This document shows positions 1 through 7,179 of a stretch of DNA of 14,966 nt, piece after piece. Every line of letters begins with the position of its first letter. Positions within the stretch are counted from its first letter, which is position 1. Below the pieces are notes generated by a model. The model searched no databases. It was not told the origin of the DNA and saw nothing but the letters and a program-made list of their open reading frames with translations. Source of the DNA: Terrimicrobiaceae bacterium (GTDB taxonomy: Bacteria > Verrucomicrobiota > Verrucomicrobiia > Chthoniobacterales > Terrimicrobiaceae); the NCBI GenBank assembly GCA_041752695.1, contig JBGSVZ010000054.1, positions 1 to 14,966 on the forward strand. The letters run 5' to 3'. The translations under genes and the position numbers were made by a program.

Positions 1-1968
1 GCGTTTGGCTTGCTGCTTGGTCACCGCGGTGATCGCTTCACGGATCAGGGTGTTGCGGCCCTGCTGGCCATTCACCCGATCCTGTTTCACGTCCGACACG
101 ATGGTGTCATCCTGCTGACCACCCAGCATGCTGTCGGCTCCCGCTTCCCCATTCACGATGTCGGTCCCATTATTGCCGAAGAGCGTGTCGTTGTCCGCTC
201 CACCGAGGAGGGTGTCGTTTCCATCGCCGCCGTCGACCTGGTCAAGACCAGCTCCGCCGAGGATCGAATCGTCGCCCGAGTAGCCATCGATCAGATCGTT
301 GCCGTCCCCGCCCAGGATCGTGTCGTTGTACGAACCGCCATCAATGCTGTCGGCGTCAGTGCCGCCGCTGATGAAGTCTGTTCCCGCGGCGCCGAAGAGC
401 GTGTCCGCCCCTGCTCCACCGTAGATCGAGTCGGCCCCGGCTCCGCCGAGGATGTAGTTGCCTACGCTGTCACCACTGATGGTGTCGTTGTAAGCCGTGC
501 CAATCACGCCTTCGAGGTTGCTCAGGGTGTCAAAACCACCAGCCGTGTTGCTGAAATAGCCATTCACGCTGACATTCACACCCACGGCCGCTCCGGCCCA
601 GGAGGCCACGTCGAAGCCATCGCCACCATTGAGGGTGTCGTTGGTCGCGTCATTTGGGAACACCAGGAGGGTATCGTCGTCGAGACCGCCGTAGAGGCTG
701 TCCGCGCCGGCACCACCGGAGAGTTCATCATCGCCGATACCGCCGTTGAGGATGTCGGCACCCGCACCGCCAAGGACCACGTCGTCACCGCTAAATCCGA
801 GCAGGGAGTCATCTCCGTCGCCACCCAAAATGGATTCGTTTTCCGTGCTGCCGAAGATGGTATCGTTACCGATCCCACCAAGGATGGTGTCGTTGCCGCC
901 GCCGGTGGCGTTCACATAGTCTGCGCCGTCACCGAGATCAACGGAGTCAGTGCCCGCGCCGGGATCGACCGAATCATTGCCCGTGCCACCAAGGATGGTG
1001 TCATTACCAGCGTCGCCGTCGATTTGATCATCGCCCGCAGCACCGTCGATACTGTCGTTACCGTCGCCGCCGCTGATCGAATCGCTGTCATCACCGCCGG
1101 AGAGGTTGTCGTTGCCATTGCCACCGTAAATGGTGTCATTGCCACCGAGGCTGAAGATCGAATCGTTGCCGTCTTCGCCGTAGGCGCGGTCAAACGCAAA
1201 GGCGTTGGCCGACACGATCGTGTCGTCGCCGTCACCGCCGTTGAACAGATCTCCTTGGCCGCTGGTGGAATCGACCGTAAGGTAGTCATCACCAATGCCG
1301 CCGGTCAGGGTATCGTAACCCAGACCGCCGTTGATGGAATCTTCGTCGTCGCCGCCCAGGACGGAATCATTTCCGTCACCGGCGTAAATCGAGTCATCAT
1401 CCGCGCCCGAGTAGATGTAGTCGGCTCCAGCACCCGTAACGATGGAATCATTGCCATCTCCGCCGATGACCGAAACACCCGCGCCGTTGATCACGCTATT
1501 GGCATTGGCGAGATCAATCACATCATTGCCGTCACCGGCATCGACACTGATCGTGTTGTCGGAATCGCCATTCGAGCTGGAGAGGAAAACGGAGTCGTCG
1601 CCGTTTCCGCCGTTCAAAACGATCGTGTCCGCCGCAACATCCAAGTCGCCCGCGAAGTCGATCTCTTCGAAGGAAATGGTATCATTGCCGCCACCCGAAT
1701 TGATGATGATGCCTTGGATGCCAGGAGCAACCGTCTCGAGGTCGATCGGAGGCACGCCGCCGCCGCTGGACCAACCGAGATAGACGCCGTTGCCGTCGTC
1801 GAAGAGGTAGATGTTGTCGTCGGCCCCGTTGAAATTGACGGTGAGGGTGAGAGCGACGGGATCATAAACCGAGCTGACAAAAGCCGGCGTCCGGCGTTGT
1901 TCCAGGGATTCGATCTCGCTGAGACCGTTGAGGATCTCGTTTTCGAGGGAGTTTTGAGTATTTTGCAT
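1..1968 (-). CDS. Large RTX / hemolysin-type calcium-binding repeat protein with an N-terminal LExRxxPA (LEPR-XLL / planctomycete-extracellular-like) leader; 3' end lies outside the window
   Basis: Manual translation from ATG (cat at 1966-1968): MQNTQNSLENEILNGLSEIESLEQRRTPAFVSSVYDP..., then dozens of GGxGxD nonapeptides (IGGDGNDSI, YGGNGNDNL, LGGTGNDSV, LGGAGADIL) and a typical DTLSNLEGVIGTAYNDTI module. The frame is open for 656 codons to the window edge (...TKQQAKR). It is missing from the ORF track because there is no stop in the window. Confidence 0.93.
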   Translation of the reverse strand, partial: MQNTQNSLENEILNGLSEIESLEQRRTPAFVSSVYDPVALTLTVNFNGADDNIYLFDDGNGVYLGWSSGGGVPPIDLETVAPGIQGIIINSGGGNDTISFEEIDFAGDLDVAADTIVLNGGNGDDSVFLSSSNGDSDNTISVDAGDGNDVIDLANANSVINGAGVSVIGGDGNDSIVTGAGADYIYSGADDDSIYAGDGNDSVLGGDDEDSINGGLGYDTLTGGIGDDYLTVDSTSGQGDLFNGGDGDDTIVSANAFAFDRAYGEDGNDSIFSLGGNDTIYGGNGNDNLSGGDDSDSISGGDGNDSIDGAAGDDQIDGDAGNDTILGGTGNDSVDPGAGTDSVDLGDGADYVNATGGGNDTILGGIGNDTIFGSTENESILGGDGDDSLLGFSGDDVVLGGAGADILNGGIGDDELSGGAGADSLYGGLDDDTLLVFPNDATNDTLNGGDGFDVASWAGAAVGVNVSVNGYFSNTAGGFDTLSNLEGVIGTAYNDTISGDSVGNYILGGAGADSIYGGAGADTLFGAAGTDFISGGTDADSIDGGSYNDTILGGDGNDLIDGYSGDDSILGGAGLDQVDGGDGNDTLLGGADNDTLFGNNGTDIVNGEAGADSMLGGQQDDTIVSDVKQDRVNGQQGRNTLIREAITAVTKQQAKR

Positions 1969-1992
1969 GTTGTGCGATTAAGCAACGCAAGG

Positions 1993-2019
1993 TTTATACA
2001 AACTGGGTAGATCGGTCAA
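1993..2019 (-). promoter_or_regulatory. Possible sigma70-type promoter for the RTX gene
   Basis: Minus strand reads TTGACC-gatctacccagtttg-TATAAA (15-nt spacer; TAAACC at 17 nt), ending about 25 nt upstream of the ATG in an AT-richer intergenic segment. Confidence 0.35.
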
Positions 2020-2069
2020 TCAGCCGAAAGGATGAAAATTGGACATTTTTCCTCAGGAAAAACCCGGGT

Positions 2070-3842
2070 TCAGGGTAAGGGCGTGCCGCCCACCTTCTTT
2101 TCGCCCCCTTGCGGGGCCACTCCGGGCAATTCGATGGAACGCCACTTGTTTTTGGGATAATGACGATAGGCTTCGTCCTCTACGCGGATGTTAAAGCGTT
2201 CCAGGATAACACCTTGCGCATGCCAGACATTCACAATGGCTTTCTGGTAGGCAACAACCGCCTCCAACTCCCGGGCGCGGGACTGCACGAATTGGCTCTG
2301 GAACTCCAGCACATCGTAACTGGAAACCTTGCCCTCCTCGATGAGGCGGTCGGCGGATTCCAGGGTTTTCCCCGCCAGACCCGTGGCCCGTCCGGCCGTG
2401 GCGATGCGGGCCCGGATCAGCCGCGCGCTGGCGATGGCCGCGTCCAGCTCGGCGGCGATGTTGACCTCGACCTGCTGAAGACCATACCCCGCCTGTTGGA
2501 GTTTCAGTTTGGCCTGCTCCAAATCGGCGCGGCCCTTGATGTTTCCCAGCGGAACAGAAAATGTCAGTCCGACCACGGCTTGCGTACCCTGGGATTCTGC
2601 TGCCCGCGAATACGAGGAGCCGTAATCGCCATCGAGACCGGCCACGGCTAGCGTGCCTTCGAGATCGAGGCGGGGCAACGCGGCATTCCGATAATATCGG
2701 ACGTTGATGTTACCCTTTTCGATGGATTCGCGGGCCTGGCCAATTTCCGGGCGCAGTGCGAGGGCGTCTTTTAACATTGCGGGCCGATCCCAGAGCTGCT
2801 CTTCGTAGCGAATCCCATCGGTCGGCACGTAGTCCACCAGCTCCCCCAACTGCTCGGGCGAATTGATCAGCTCCCGCAGCCGCCGCATGCGCTCAATGAT
2901 GCCGGTGGAGATTGCCTGGAGGCGCACCTCCCGTTCCGCCACGGCCGCCTGGGCTTGCACGACGTCGAGGCTGGACATCCGGCCCAGTTCCGCCCGGCGC
3001 ACGTTCGCGGTTTCCAGCTGTCCGGCCAGATCGATGCTCTGGCGTTGCAGGCGGGCCAGTTCGAAGGCCAGCAGGAGATCGTAATACGCGGCCGCCACCT
3101 CGGCGACGGTGTCGTTGAGCGAGCGTTTCCATTGCAGCCAGCCGATACGGCGGTCGGCCCGGGCAATGCGGACGGGTGCCATCTGCGCGGCAGGACCAAA
3201 TCCCTGCAAGATGGGCTGACGCAGGCGGATGCCCGTGCTGGAAAAATATTCCGGATAAAACAGCGACGGCGGGCTGTCCACGTTGAGCGAGTTACGGAGC
3301 TGATCGGCGCTGGTGAAAAATTCATATTCCGTACCCAGCGGGATGAGCCCCTTGAGCGACGAACTCAGGTTAAAATTTTCCTGCTCGAAGATACTGACTC
3401 CCCCCAGCCCGGTAAACTGGTCCGCGGCCGCCGCCTCACCGGTGATCTCCGCCAGCAAATCCTCAAGCACATTGATGAGCTGCTTCTGGGCTTGCGTCTC
3501 GTTACCGCCCGTCGCGACAAATTCCTGCGCATTTTGCGGCAGGTTGCTGGTGAGATATTTCGCGCTGAACTTGAAGGCGGGATCAAACCTCCCCAGCGCG
3601 CTGCGCACGTTGGTCTCCCCAATTTCCGGGATCAGCCGATCCGCCTTGAGGGAAGGGTTGTTTTGCAGGGCGAGAAAAACCGCTCGCTCCACCGAAATGG
3701 CCTCCTTCACCAGAGAAAACATCTCCGGCGGCGGGCCGCTCATCGAGAGGTCCAGCTTTTCCAGATCCACCCCGGGGGACTTCTGGGCGTGCACCGGCAG
3801 CGAGGTCAGGAGCGCGCAGGCGAGCAGGGGAATAAAACGCAT
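2070..3842 (-). CDS. TolC-family outer membrane efflux/secretion channel
   Basis: Signal peptide MRFIPLLACALLTSLPVHA from ATG 3842, 11 nt after the epimerase stop. OEP-type motifs: AVFLALQNNPSL, RLRQPILQGFG, VAAAYYDL, ALALRPEI, LPRLDL, GLTFSVPLGN, EEGKVSSYDVLEFQ. Confidence 0.93.
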   Translation of the reverse strand: MRFIPLLACALLTSLPVHAQKSPGVDLEKLDLSMSGPPPEMFSLVKEAISVERAVFLALQNNPSLKADRLIPEIGETNVRSALGRFDPAFKFSAKYLTSNLPQNAQEFVATGGNETQAQKQLINVLEDLLAEITGEAAAADQFTGLGGVSIFEQENFNLSSSLKGLIPLGTEYEFFTSADQLRNSLNVDSPPSLFYPEYFSSTGIRLRQPILQGFGPAAQMAPVRIARADRRIGWLQWKRSLNDTVAEVAAAYYDLLLAFELARLQRQSIDLAGQLETANVRRAELGRMSSLDVVQAQAAVAEREVRLQAISTGIIERMRRLRELINSPEQLGELVDYVPTDGIRYEEQLWDRPAMLKDALALRPEIGQARESIEKGNINVRYYRNAALPRLDLEGTLAVAGLDGDYGSSYSRAAESQGTQAVVGLTFSVPLGNIKGRADLEQAKLKLQQAGYGLQQVEVNIAAELDAAIASARLIRARIATAGRATGLAGKTLESADRLIEEGKVSSYDVLEFQSQFVQSRARELEAVVAYQKAIVNVWHAQGVILERFNIRVEDEAYRHYPKNKWRSIELPGVAPQGGEKKVGGTPLP

Positions 3843-3852
3843 GACGATGGAC

Positions 3853-4878
3853 TTAGACCGCGGCGGGCGTGTTGCCCAATTCCTTTTCACAGAGACTTTG
3901 GTAATATGGGGCCGCATCAATGAGGCCGTCCTCCAAACTGTGGGTGGGCGCATACCCAAGGCACCGCTGCGCTTGGGAAATATCGGCCAGGGAATGCCGG
4001 ATATCCCCGGCGCGAAACTCCTGATACTCCGGTTCGGCCCGCGCCATGGCGGGGCGGGTCTTCGCCACCTGATCCCGAATCTGGTAAAACAATTCCGTCA
4101 GGGTCGTCCGCCCGCCCACTGCGATGTTAAAAGCCCCCGGTGCGTCCGCCGGCAGTTCCGCCAGCGCCGCCTTAATGTTGGCCTGAACCACATTGGCGAC
4201 ATGACAAAAATCCCGGCTGGTTTCCCCGTCGCCATAAATCAGGACCGGCTCGCCGCGATGCAGCGCACGGAACCACCGTGGAATCACCGCCGCATACGCC
4301 CCCTCGGGGTCCTGGCGCGGGCCGAAGACGTTGAAATACCGCATCCCGACCGCCCTGAAGCCGTAGGCATTTTGAAATGCCGCTGCATACACTTCGTTGA
4401 TGCGTTTCGACGCCGCATAGGGCGAAAGCGGCTCGCCGATGCGTTCCTCCCGCTTCGGCAACTCGGGATGGTCGCCATACACCGAACTGCTCGAGGCATA
4501 TACCAGCCGCCTCACCCCGGACTTCCGCGCCGCGTCCAACACCGTGATAAAGCCGTCCACATTTGCCCGGTGGGTGGCCAGCGGGTCTGCCATCGAACGC
4601 GGAACCGAACCCAGAGCCGCCTGGTGCAACCCATAATCGGCCCCCGCGAAGGCCCGTCCCATCAACTCCCCGTCCTCAATGGACCCTTCCAGAAACTCCA
4701 ACTCCCCGCCCCCCAACTCCCGGATGGCGTCAATGTTTGCCCGTTTGCCCGTGGCGTAATTATCCACCGCCCGCACACTCGCCCCCGCCTGGAGCAGCGC
4801 CACGCTGAGGTGCGACCCAATAAAACCGGCCGCGCCCGTCACCACCCAGGTCGTGCCTTTGAGATCAAATTCGCTCAT
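3853..4878 (-). CDS. NAD-dependent nucleotide-sugar epimerase (extended SDR), WbpP/TviC-like UDP-GlcNAc(A) 4-epimerase
   Basis: TGAAGFIG Rossmann motif, HQAALGSVPRS, YASSSSVYGD, catalytic SPYAASK (YxxxK), RYFNVFGPRQDP and GDIRHSLADIS are all characteristic of the WbpP/TviC group. Confidence 0.93.
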   Translation of the reverse strand: MSEFDLKGTTWVVTGAAGFIGSHLSVALLQAGASVRAVDNYATGKRANIDAIRELGGGELEFLEGSIEDGELMGRAFAGADYGLHQAALGSVPRSMADPLATHRANVDGFITVLDAARKSGVRRLVYASSSSVYGDHPELPKREERIGEPLSPYAASKRINEVYAAAFQNAYGFRAVGMRYFNVFGPRQDPEGAYAAVIPRWFRALHRGEPVLIYGDGETSRDFCHVANVVQANIKAALAELPADAPGAFNIAVGGRTTLTELFYQIRDQVAKTRPAMARAEPEYQEFRAGDIRHSLADISQAQRCLGYAPTHSLEDGLIDAAPYYQSLCEKELGNTPAAV

Positions 4879-5744
4879 ATCGTATCCGTAAACGTCCGCT
4901 CCACCCGGTTAAAAACGACGACGCCCCAGAGAAACATCGCGACACTCAACACCGCGCCGATCGCGAGCTGACCAAACTCCACCGTGCCCGCCCCGAGGAA
5001 AGCAAACCGGAACGACTCCACCACCGGCACCATCGGGTTGATCGTCATCAGCCACTGAAACTGCGGCGGCACATCCGACCGTGGAATGATCACCGCGCTG
5101 CCATACATCCAAAGCTGCACGCCGAATCCCACCGCCATATTCAAATCCTTGTAGCGCGTCGTAAGCGCCGAAACCAGGCAGCCCACCCCGATGCCCAGCA
5201 TGGCCATCTGCAAGATCAACACCGGCAGCACAATCATCCGCCAGCTCGGCTGGATCGCACTGCCCGGTTGCAGCATGAACCACAGCACAATCGCCATGAA
5301 AAGGACGAACTGGATGGCAAACGTGATCAGATTTGTCAGCACACTCGCCACGGGGACGGTCATGCGCGGGAAATAGACTTTCCCGAACACCCCCGAGTTC
5401 GCGTTGAACGTCTGCGAGGTCCGCGTGATGCAATCCGAAAAATAATTCCAGACCACCACCCCCGACATGTAAAAAAGGAAGGTCGGAATCCCATCTGTCG
5501 GCAGCTTGGCAATCTTCCCGAAGATCACCGTAAAAACGATCGTCGTAAAAAGCGGCTGGAGCAAAAACCAGAGCGGCCCCAGGAGGGTTTGTTTGTAGGT
5601 CGCGACAAAATCACGGCGGACAAACAACGTGATGAGATCGCGGTATTTCCAAACCTCCGCCAGACGCAGGTCCAACAGCGGTTTTCGGGGCGTGAAGACC
5701 GTCCACTGACGGGATTCGGGGTCGAGAGGTGTTTCCAAAGTCAA
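4875..5744 (-). CDS. wzm: ABC-2 type polysaccharide/O-antigen export permease (Wzm/RfbA/TagG family)
   Basis: Motifs VWKYRDLITLFVRRDFVATYKQTLLGPLW, KVYFPR, RYKDL and NPMVPVVESFRFAFLG, about 6 hydrophobic segments, and C-terminal FNRVERTFTDTI. TTG start (5744, or 5738). The stop overlaps the epimerase start (ATGA at 4875-4878). Confidence 0.92.
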   Translation of the reverse strand: MTLETPLDPESRQWTVFTPRKPLLDLRLAEVWKYRDLITLFVRRDFVATYKQTLLGPLWFLLQPLFTTIVFTVIFGKIAKLPTDGIPTFLFYMSGVVVWNYFSDCITRTSQTFNANSGVFGKVYFPRMTVPVASVLTNLITFAIQFVLFMAIVLWFMLQPGSAIQPSWRMIVLPVLILQMAMLGIGVGCLVSALTTRYKDLNMAVGFGVQLWMYGSAVIIPRSDVPPQFQWLMTINPMVPVVESFRFAFLGAGTVEFGQLAIGAVLSVAMFLWGVVVFNRVERTFTDTI

Positions 5745-5838
5745 AAAAAGCGCAAGCTCATCCAGCCAAGCTGCCGCCCTTGGTCATTCGTGCAAAAAAC
5801 GAGACCATCGGCATACGGGATGTGGGTTTGCTGCATTC

Positions 5839-5857
5839 GGCAGCGGGCTCCGCCGCC
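5839..5857 (-). terminator. GC-rich hairpin downstream of the regulator gene (possible terminator or processing stem)
   Basis: Minus strand GGCGGCGG-AGC-CCGCTGCC forms an 8-bp stem with one G-U pair, about 24 nt after the regulator stop. No U-tract follows. Confidence 0.3.
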
Positions 5858-5880
5858 CCAGGGGGCCGCGGAAAAAATTG

Positions 5881-6420
5881 TCAACGCACCAAAAATTTCA
5901 AAATCCAGGGAAGCATCTTCTGGCCTTTCTCCAACCAGTGTTTCAGCCGCTCGATCTTTACCAGGACGTCCTTCTTTTCCTGGCCCTCCAGCGAGACCGA
6001 GAGTTCGTCCATGTGCCGGATCCGCTCCAGGGCACGGTCCATCCGCGGCTGCAATTCGTCCTTGATAAAAACCGTGGCGAACCGGCTCAATTCCAGATCC
6101 GCCACATAATGATCCCGGCGGTCCCCGGGCTGATAAACGACCTTCACCGCCCCAAAACTCCGCAAAAGCCTCAAACCCTGACTCGCCGCCCCCAGGCTGA
6201 TGTGCAACCGATGCATGAGCTCGTCCATCGCCAGGGGACGCGTGGACACAAAAAGCAGCCCGTAAATTTCCCCCACGGACTTCGGCATCCCAAGCAACTT
6301 CAAAAAGTTGATGAACAACTCGATCGCTTCAATTTCCAGCCCAGTCAGCTCCTGGTCCGGCCGGGAGGGCTTGTCGGCAAGGTCAGACGTCACGTCAGGC
6401 AGTTTCCCCAGCGGCTTCAT
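5881..6420 (-). CDS. GbsR/MarR-family winged-helix transcriptional regulator
   Basis: LGMPKSVGEIYGLLFVSTRPLAMDELMHRLHISLGAASQGLRLLRSFGAVKVVYQPGDRRDHYVA is the typical GbsR-type wHTH, followed by a C-terminal dimerisation helix. ATG 6420 is preferred over TTG 6429. Confidence 0.9.
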   Translation of the reverse strand: MKPLGKLPDVTSDLADKPSRPDQELTGLEIEAIELFINFLKLLGMPKSVGEIYGLLFVSTRPLAMDELMHRLHISLGAASQGLRLLRSFGAVKVVYQPGDRRDHYVADLELSRFATVFIKDELQPRMDRALERIRHMDELSVSLEGQEKKDVLVKIERLKHWLEKGQKMLPWILKFLVR

Positions 6421-6423
6421 ACA

Positions 6424-6441
6424 TTTCAAGAAAAAATGAAA
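6424..6441. promoter_or_regulatory. Palindromic operator candidate TTTCA-N8-TGAAA (likely autoregulatory site of the GbsR-type regulator)
   Basis: TTTCA AGAAAAAA TGAAA is an AT-rich inverted repeat lying 3 nt upstream of the regulator ATG. Confidence 0.55.
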
Positions 6442-6470
6442 ACCGGAGGCAAACCCTCGTCACTCGAACG

Positions 6471-6523
6471 AAACGGGGTCGGGTCGGAGGCTGACCCTCC
6501 CTGGGGTCGAACGGGACCCGTTT
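6471..6523. repeat. Nested inverted repeats / REP-like hairpin downstream of the secreted helical protein gene
   Basis: Inner stem GGGTCGG-AGG-CTGACCC (6481-6497), outer stem AAACGGG(G)TC...GACCCGTTT, and a further palindrome AACGGG-A-CCCGTT (6510-6522). Confidence 0.45.
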
Positions 6524-7179
6524 TACGGATTGGACATCATCTCCCCATCACCGCCGGGAACCGGAGGAGCGGGCGGAGGTTTGGGGCCCATTTTTTCCAG
6601 AATCGGGCCCAAAGTGGGATCGGCCTTGAGCAGGGCGGTGTGCATGGCCTGGCGAAACTCTTCCGACGCCGCCTTGCGATCCTCAGGCGTCCCCGCCTCG
6701 CCTTTTTTCTTTTCCGCAGCGACCACAGCGGGATCGGTTTTCGCTTTTTCCCGGGCAGCCATCAACTTTTGCCGTTCCCCTTCCGAGAGATTTCCAAACC
6801 CGCCCGGCTCGCGGCCACCCTCCCGGCGTTCTTCGCGCATGTTTTTGGGACCCTTCTCCCCACCGCGGGCGTTTTTCACGATCTCTCCCAGGCTCGGATC
6901 GATCTCCATCATCTTTTTCCGCATGGCGTCAAAAAATTCGCGGTTGGCCGTTTCGGATTTTTTCCGAAGTTCCTGCACCGCCGGGTCCTGCAAAGCCTTC
7001 TCACGAGCGGCCTCGAAACGCTGCCGCGCTTCGGGAGGAAGATTTTCCAGGAATTTTTCCTTCATCTTCATCCGCAGGTCTCCCTGTCCCCGGCGGGGCT
7101 GCGGTTCGTCCGGCCCTTCGGCATGGGATACGGGAAGTCCGCTCAGGGCGATGGCAAGGGCGAGGAGGATTTTCTTCAT
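6523..7179 (-). CDS. Secreted/periplasmic hypothetical alpha-helical protein with two internal repeats
   Basis: ATG 7179 gives signal peptide MKKILLALAIALSGLPVSHA. The mature region is charged and helical, with duplicated NLxxxxRQxxxAAREKAxxDPAV...EFxxAM...DPxLGxI units. The longer upstream extension in the ORF track overlaps the radical SAM gene and is rejected. Confidence 0.85.
   Translation of the reverse strand: MKKILLALAIALSGLPVSHAEGPDEPQPRRGQGDLRMKMKEKFLENLPPEARQRFEAAREKALQDPAVQELRKKSETANREFFDAMRKKMMEIDPSLGEIVKNARGGEKGPKNMREERREGGREPGGFGNLSEGERQKLMAAREKAKTDPAVVAAEKKKGEAGTPEDRKAASEEFRQAMHTALLKADPTLGPILEKMGPKPPPAPPVPGGDGEMMSNP

Noticed and set aside
100..1700. Many D-x-N-x-S/T sequons (DGNDS, DGNDT) in the RTX protein, next to glycan genes
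   Set aside because: They are an intrinsic by-product of the GGxGNDT/S repeat consensus and are not evidence of N-glycosylation.
100..1700. Periodic DNA repeats that could suggest a CRISPR or tandem array
   Set aside because: They are degenerate 27-nt coding repeats with synonymous variation, not identical repeats separated by unique spacers.
10..2010. 666-aa plus-strand ORF rich in V/A/I/D
   Set aside because: It is the in-register antisense shadow of the RTX gene. Its periodicity (e.g. DGVVAAA, DRIVA) is the reverse complement of GGxGxD codons.
3843..3959. N-terminal extensions in the ORF track for TolC (also 7180-7443, 11590-11724, 13432-13455 and 13980-14021)
   Set aside because: Downstream ATGs give clean signal peptides or lipoboxes; the TolC and 7180-7443 extensions also overlap neighbouring genes.
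3313..4971. 552-aa plus-strand ORF, and similar long ORFs such as 2955-3923, 5878-7284 and 9188-10255
   Set aside because: They lie antisense to well-supported genes, have no recognisable motifs, and are expected in GC-rich DNA.
5791..5807. Sigma54-like TGG...TTGC motif upstream of wzm
   Set aside because: GG-to-GC spacing is 11 nt rather than the required 10.
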